DNA from: Candidatus Saccharimonadota bacterium
GTDB taxonomy: Bacteria; Patescibacteriota; Gracilibacteria; Absconditabacterales; Absconditicoccaceae
Length of the DNA stretch: 32,000 nt
Assembly (NCBI GenBank): GCA_000503875.1
Contig: CP006913.1
Coordinates: forward strand, 90,001-122,000
Reading direction: 5' to 3'
A model generated the notes under the pieces. The model searched no databases. It worked only from the letters and a program-made list of their open reading frames with translations, and had not been told where the DNA came from. The position numbers and the translations under genes were made by a program. Shown piece by piece: positions 29,739 through 32,000 of this stretch; position 1 is the first letter of the stretch; each line of letters begins with the position of its first letter.

Positions 29739-32000
29739 ATGCAAGCAATAAATCACAATTACTTAAATTCCGGAGGTGTTAGATTTTCATCATCTAAATT
29801 TTCTTCTAATAAAATTTCTCATAATCTTCCAAAAAATTGGAAAAAGACTGGAGGGTTAATTATAGGATGAATACTTCTTATTTTTGTTTTTTGGTTCACC
29901 AAAAATGTTGTTCAAGGACTACCAGATATTTCAGATATCAATGATATGGTTTTTTCAGAATCTACTATTATCCAAGATAGAAATTGAAAAGAATTATATA
30001 AATTATACGAGGAAAATAGGGAATATGTTCCATTTTCTGGTATCTCTCAAAATATGATCAATGCCATCGTTGCGATGGAAGACCAACGTTATTGGGAGCA
30101 TAGCGGACTTGATCCAATGGGTATATTAAGAGCATGAATAAATAATGTATTGCGCCCAGGCGGAGGTATGCAAGGAGCATCAACTATTTCTCAACAGCTT
30201 CTCAAAAATCTTTTGTTAAATAAAGATTTTAAAAGAGAATCATTTCAAGAAAAAGTTGTAAGAAAATTAAGAGAAATACTTCTCATAGGAAAATTAAATA
30301 ACGTATTAGAAGATCAAATATACAAAGAACAACCATCGATAGGAAAAAATGAACTTCATAAAGAAATGAAAGATAAGGTTCTTGAATTATATCTGAATTA
30401 TATTGCTTTTTGAAATAATTCTTTTGGAGTAGAAGCTGCCTCAAAGACCTATTTTAGTAAATCAGCAAAAGACTTGGATGTATTAGAAGCTTCTGTTCTT
30501 GCTTCAATACCAAAGAGTCCAACTATTTATAATCCATATAGAAATAGAGGAAAAAATATGGGATTGCTTTCTATTGTAGATCAAAATGGAGCACAAGCTG
30601 CAGCAACATGAACTCTTTTGGAACAAGTACTTGCCAAAATGGCTCAATGATTAGAAAGTGTAGAAATATCAAAAGATGGTGGCTTTACAAAATCATTGGA
30701 AGCTATCTCTTCATTTGTGATAACAGAATGAACAAACAACTATACTATAACATATACAATATGAAGAAAAGATTTTGCTTTGATGAGAATGTACGAAGAT
30801 GATTATATTACTCAAAATGAATTAAAACAAGCATTTTTAGAATGATTAACATACGAACTTCGTAGTAATAAAGTAGAAATGTTAGCGCCACATTTTGTTC
30901 AATGGGTCATTGAAGAATTAGAAAAAAAATATGATAAAGATACTTTATTTAAGGGAGGTATTATTATCAAAACAACGCTTGATTTAGAACAACAAGTACT
31001 TGCAGAAACATCTCTTGCTAATAATTTAGCAGTTCTTCAAGAAAATGGAGCAAATAATTCATCTATGATTTATTTGGATTCAATAAATGGTGATGTATTA
31101 GCTTATGTAGGTTCTATTAATTACTTTGATGAAAAAATCCAAGGACAAAATGATATGGTAAGAAGACCAAGACAATCAGGGTCTGCTATTAAACCATTTA
31201 TTTACGCGCTTGGTTTTCAGTTACTTCCTTTGACATTGGATACACCAATGTTTGATATTCCATTTAAAATAGGAAGAGATGAACCAAACAACGCTGATGG
31301 AAAATTTGAATGATTATTACCGCTTAAATATGCATTAGCACATAGTAGAAATATTCCAGCTACCAAAATGATTCTTGCATTATGATGAGAAACTGTAGCA
31401 AAACCATTTTTAAGTGATTTGTGATTGGTAGGGGTACAAGATTCTGTAGAATATTGATATACATTAGCATTGGGAGCTGCAGAAGTCACTATGTTGGATT
31501 TAGCTAATGCTTATGCTCATCTATCTACAAATCAACCAGCAGAAATAAATCCTATTTTAGAAATCAGATCAAGAGATGGTTCTTTAATTTATCAAAGAGA
31601 AGATAAAAAACAGGAAGAAGTTATTCCTTGAGGAATTAGATATCTATTATGGAATATTCTTTCAGAACCATCAAATAGATTGGCAGGATGGGTATCTAAA
31701 TTTAATGTTAAATGATTATCATTGGCATTAAAGTCAGGAACATCTAATGTAAAAACGGATAAAGGAAATCGTCCAAGAGATGGTTGGATGGCTGTATATA
31801 ATTGAAGTAAAGTTGCCTTATTTTGGGCAGGTAATGCAGATTGAACAGCCATGAATAGAAATGCTTATGGATGAACAATTCATGCAAATCCTATGAAAAG
31901 TTTTTTCACTTCACTTATGAAAAATAATTATATAACCAATGATGCAGTCAAATCTGTTGATGTAACAAGTGTTGATATTTCAAAGATATCAGGTAAATTA
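29739..32000 (+). CDS. Class A penicillin-binding protein (PBP1A-type transglycosylase/transpeptidase), 3' end runs off the window
   Basis: TM anchor (G)ILLIFVFWF. GT51 motifs AMEDQRYWEHSGLD, GASTISQQL and RKLREILL. Transpeptidase motifs RQSGSAIKPFIY (SxxK) and SRN (HSRNIPA). Many in-frame TGA. Track ORFs 30150.. and 30879.. are in frame, and the frame is open to 32000. Confidence 0.9.

Noticed and set aside
1-32000. Massive pseudogenisation or frameshifting, given that nearly all conserved genes are broken into 2-10 ORF fragments in the supplied track.
   Set aside because: All fragments of a given gene lie in a single frame and are separated only by TGA, never TAA or TAG. The TGA positions coincide with conserved glycines. 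This is codon reassignment, not decay.
1-32000. Genetic code 4 (UGA=Trp, Mollicutes/Spiroplasma-like), suggested by the low GC content.
   Set aside because: Motif-aligned UGA positions are Gly (GPS-G-SGKST, CK-G-PHV, DTI-G-F, CG-G-EP, YPG-G), not Trp. Trp is encoded by TGG in the expected places (e.g. the GNWLWV repeats). Peptidoglycan synthesis genes are present.

Overview
AT-rich 32-kb chromosomal window that only makes sense if UGA is read as glycine (translation table 25, as in Candidatus Gracilibacteria/Absconditabacteria of the CPR). Under the standard code almost every conserved gene is broken into pieces. When in-frame TGA is read through, the pieces fuse into full-length genes, and the TGA codons fall on invariant Gly positions: Walker A GPS-G-SGKST, ThrRS CK-G-PHV, Rel AHG-G-Q and S-G-EEY, HflX DTI-G-F, NrdG CG-G-EP, TsaD YPG-G. 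Re-annotated this way, the window holds about 30 protein genes and one tRNA.

Genes in order:
- tsaD (partial).
- An anaerobic RNR cluster: nrdG, a UDG-like gene, and nrdD, which is split into a 735-aa body and an 86-aa glycyl-radical ORF. Tandem NrdR-box-like palindromes lie upstream.
- A VIT1-family transporter, an FNR-like oxidoreductase, and a bifunctional Rel (RSH).
- A membrane zinc-ribbon protein.
- A TGS-less thrS preceded by a terminator/antiterminator-like leader.
- Two orphan genes and an IMPACT/YigZ gene.
- An MFS gene plus a YknXYZ/MacAB-like efflux operon, divergent from an OmpR/HK two-component system that is followed by a Spy/CpxP-like gene.
- Rubrerythrin, a WecA-like GT4 transferase, and hflX.
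- An 814-aa secreted SBBP beta-propeller protein with about 48 UGA codons.
- def, tRNA-Ser(UGA anticodon), a LysM-CHAP cell-wall hydrolase, and a class A PBP (partial).

No CRISPR array, transposase, integrase or rRNA was seen.

Items worth follow-up:
- The recoding itself and its very uneven use between genes.
- The split NrdD.
- An ~87-nt two-hairpin element present twice in inverted orientation.
- The thrS leader.
- A four-half-site operator between the efflux and TCS operons.
- The large surface propeller protein.

All coordinates come from manual reading. Family assignments are motif-based, not database-searched.
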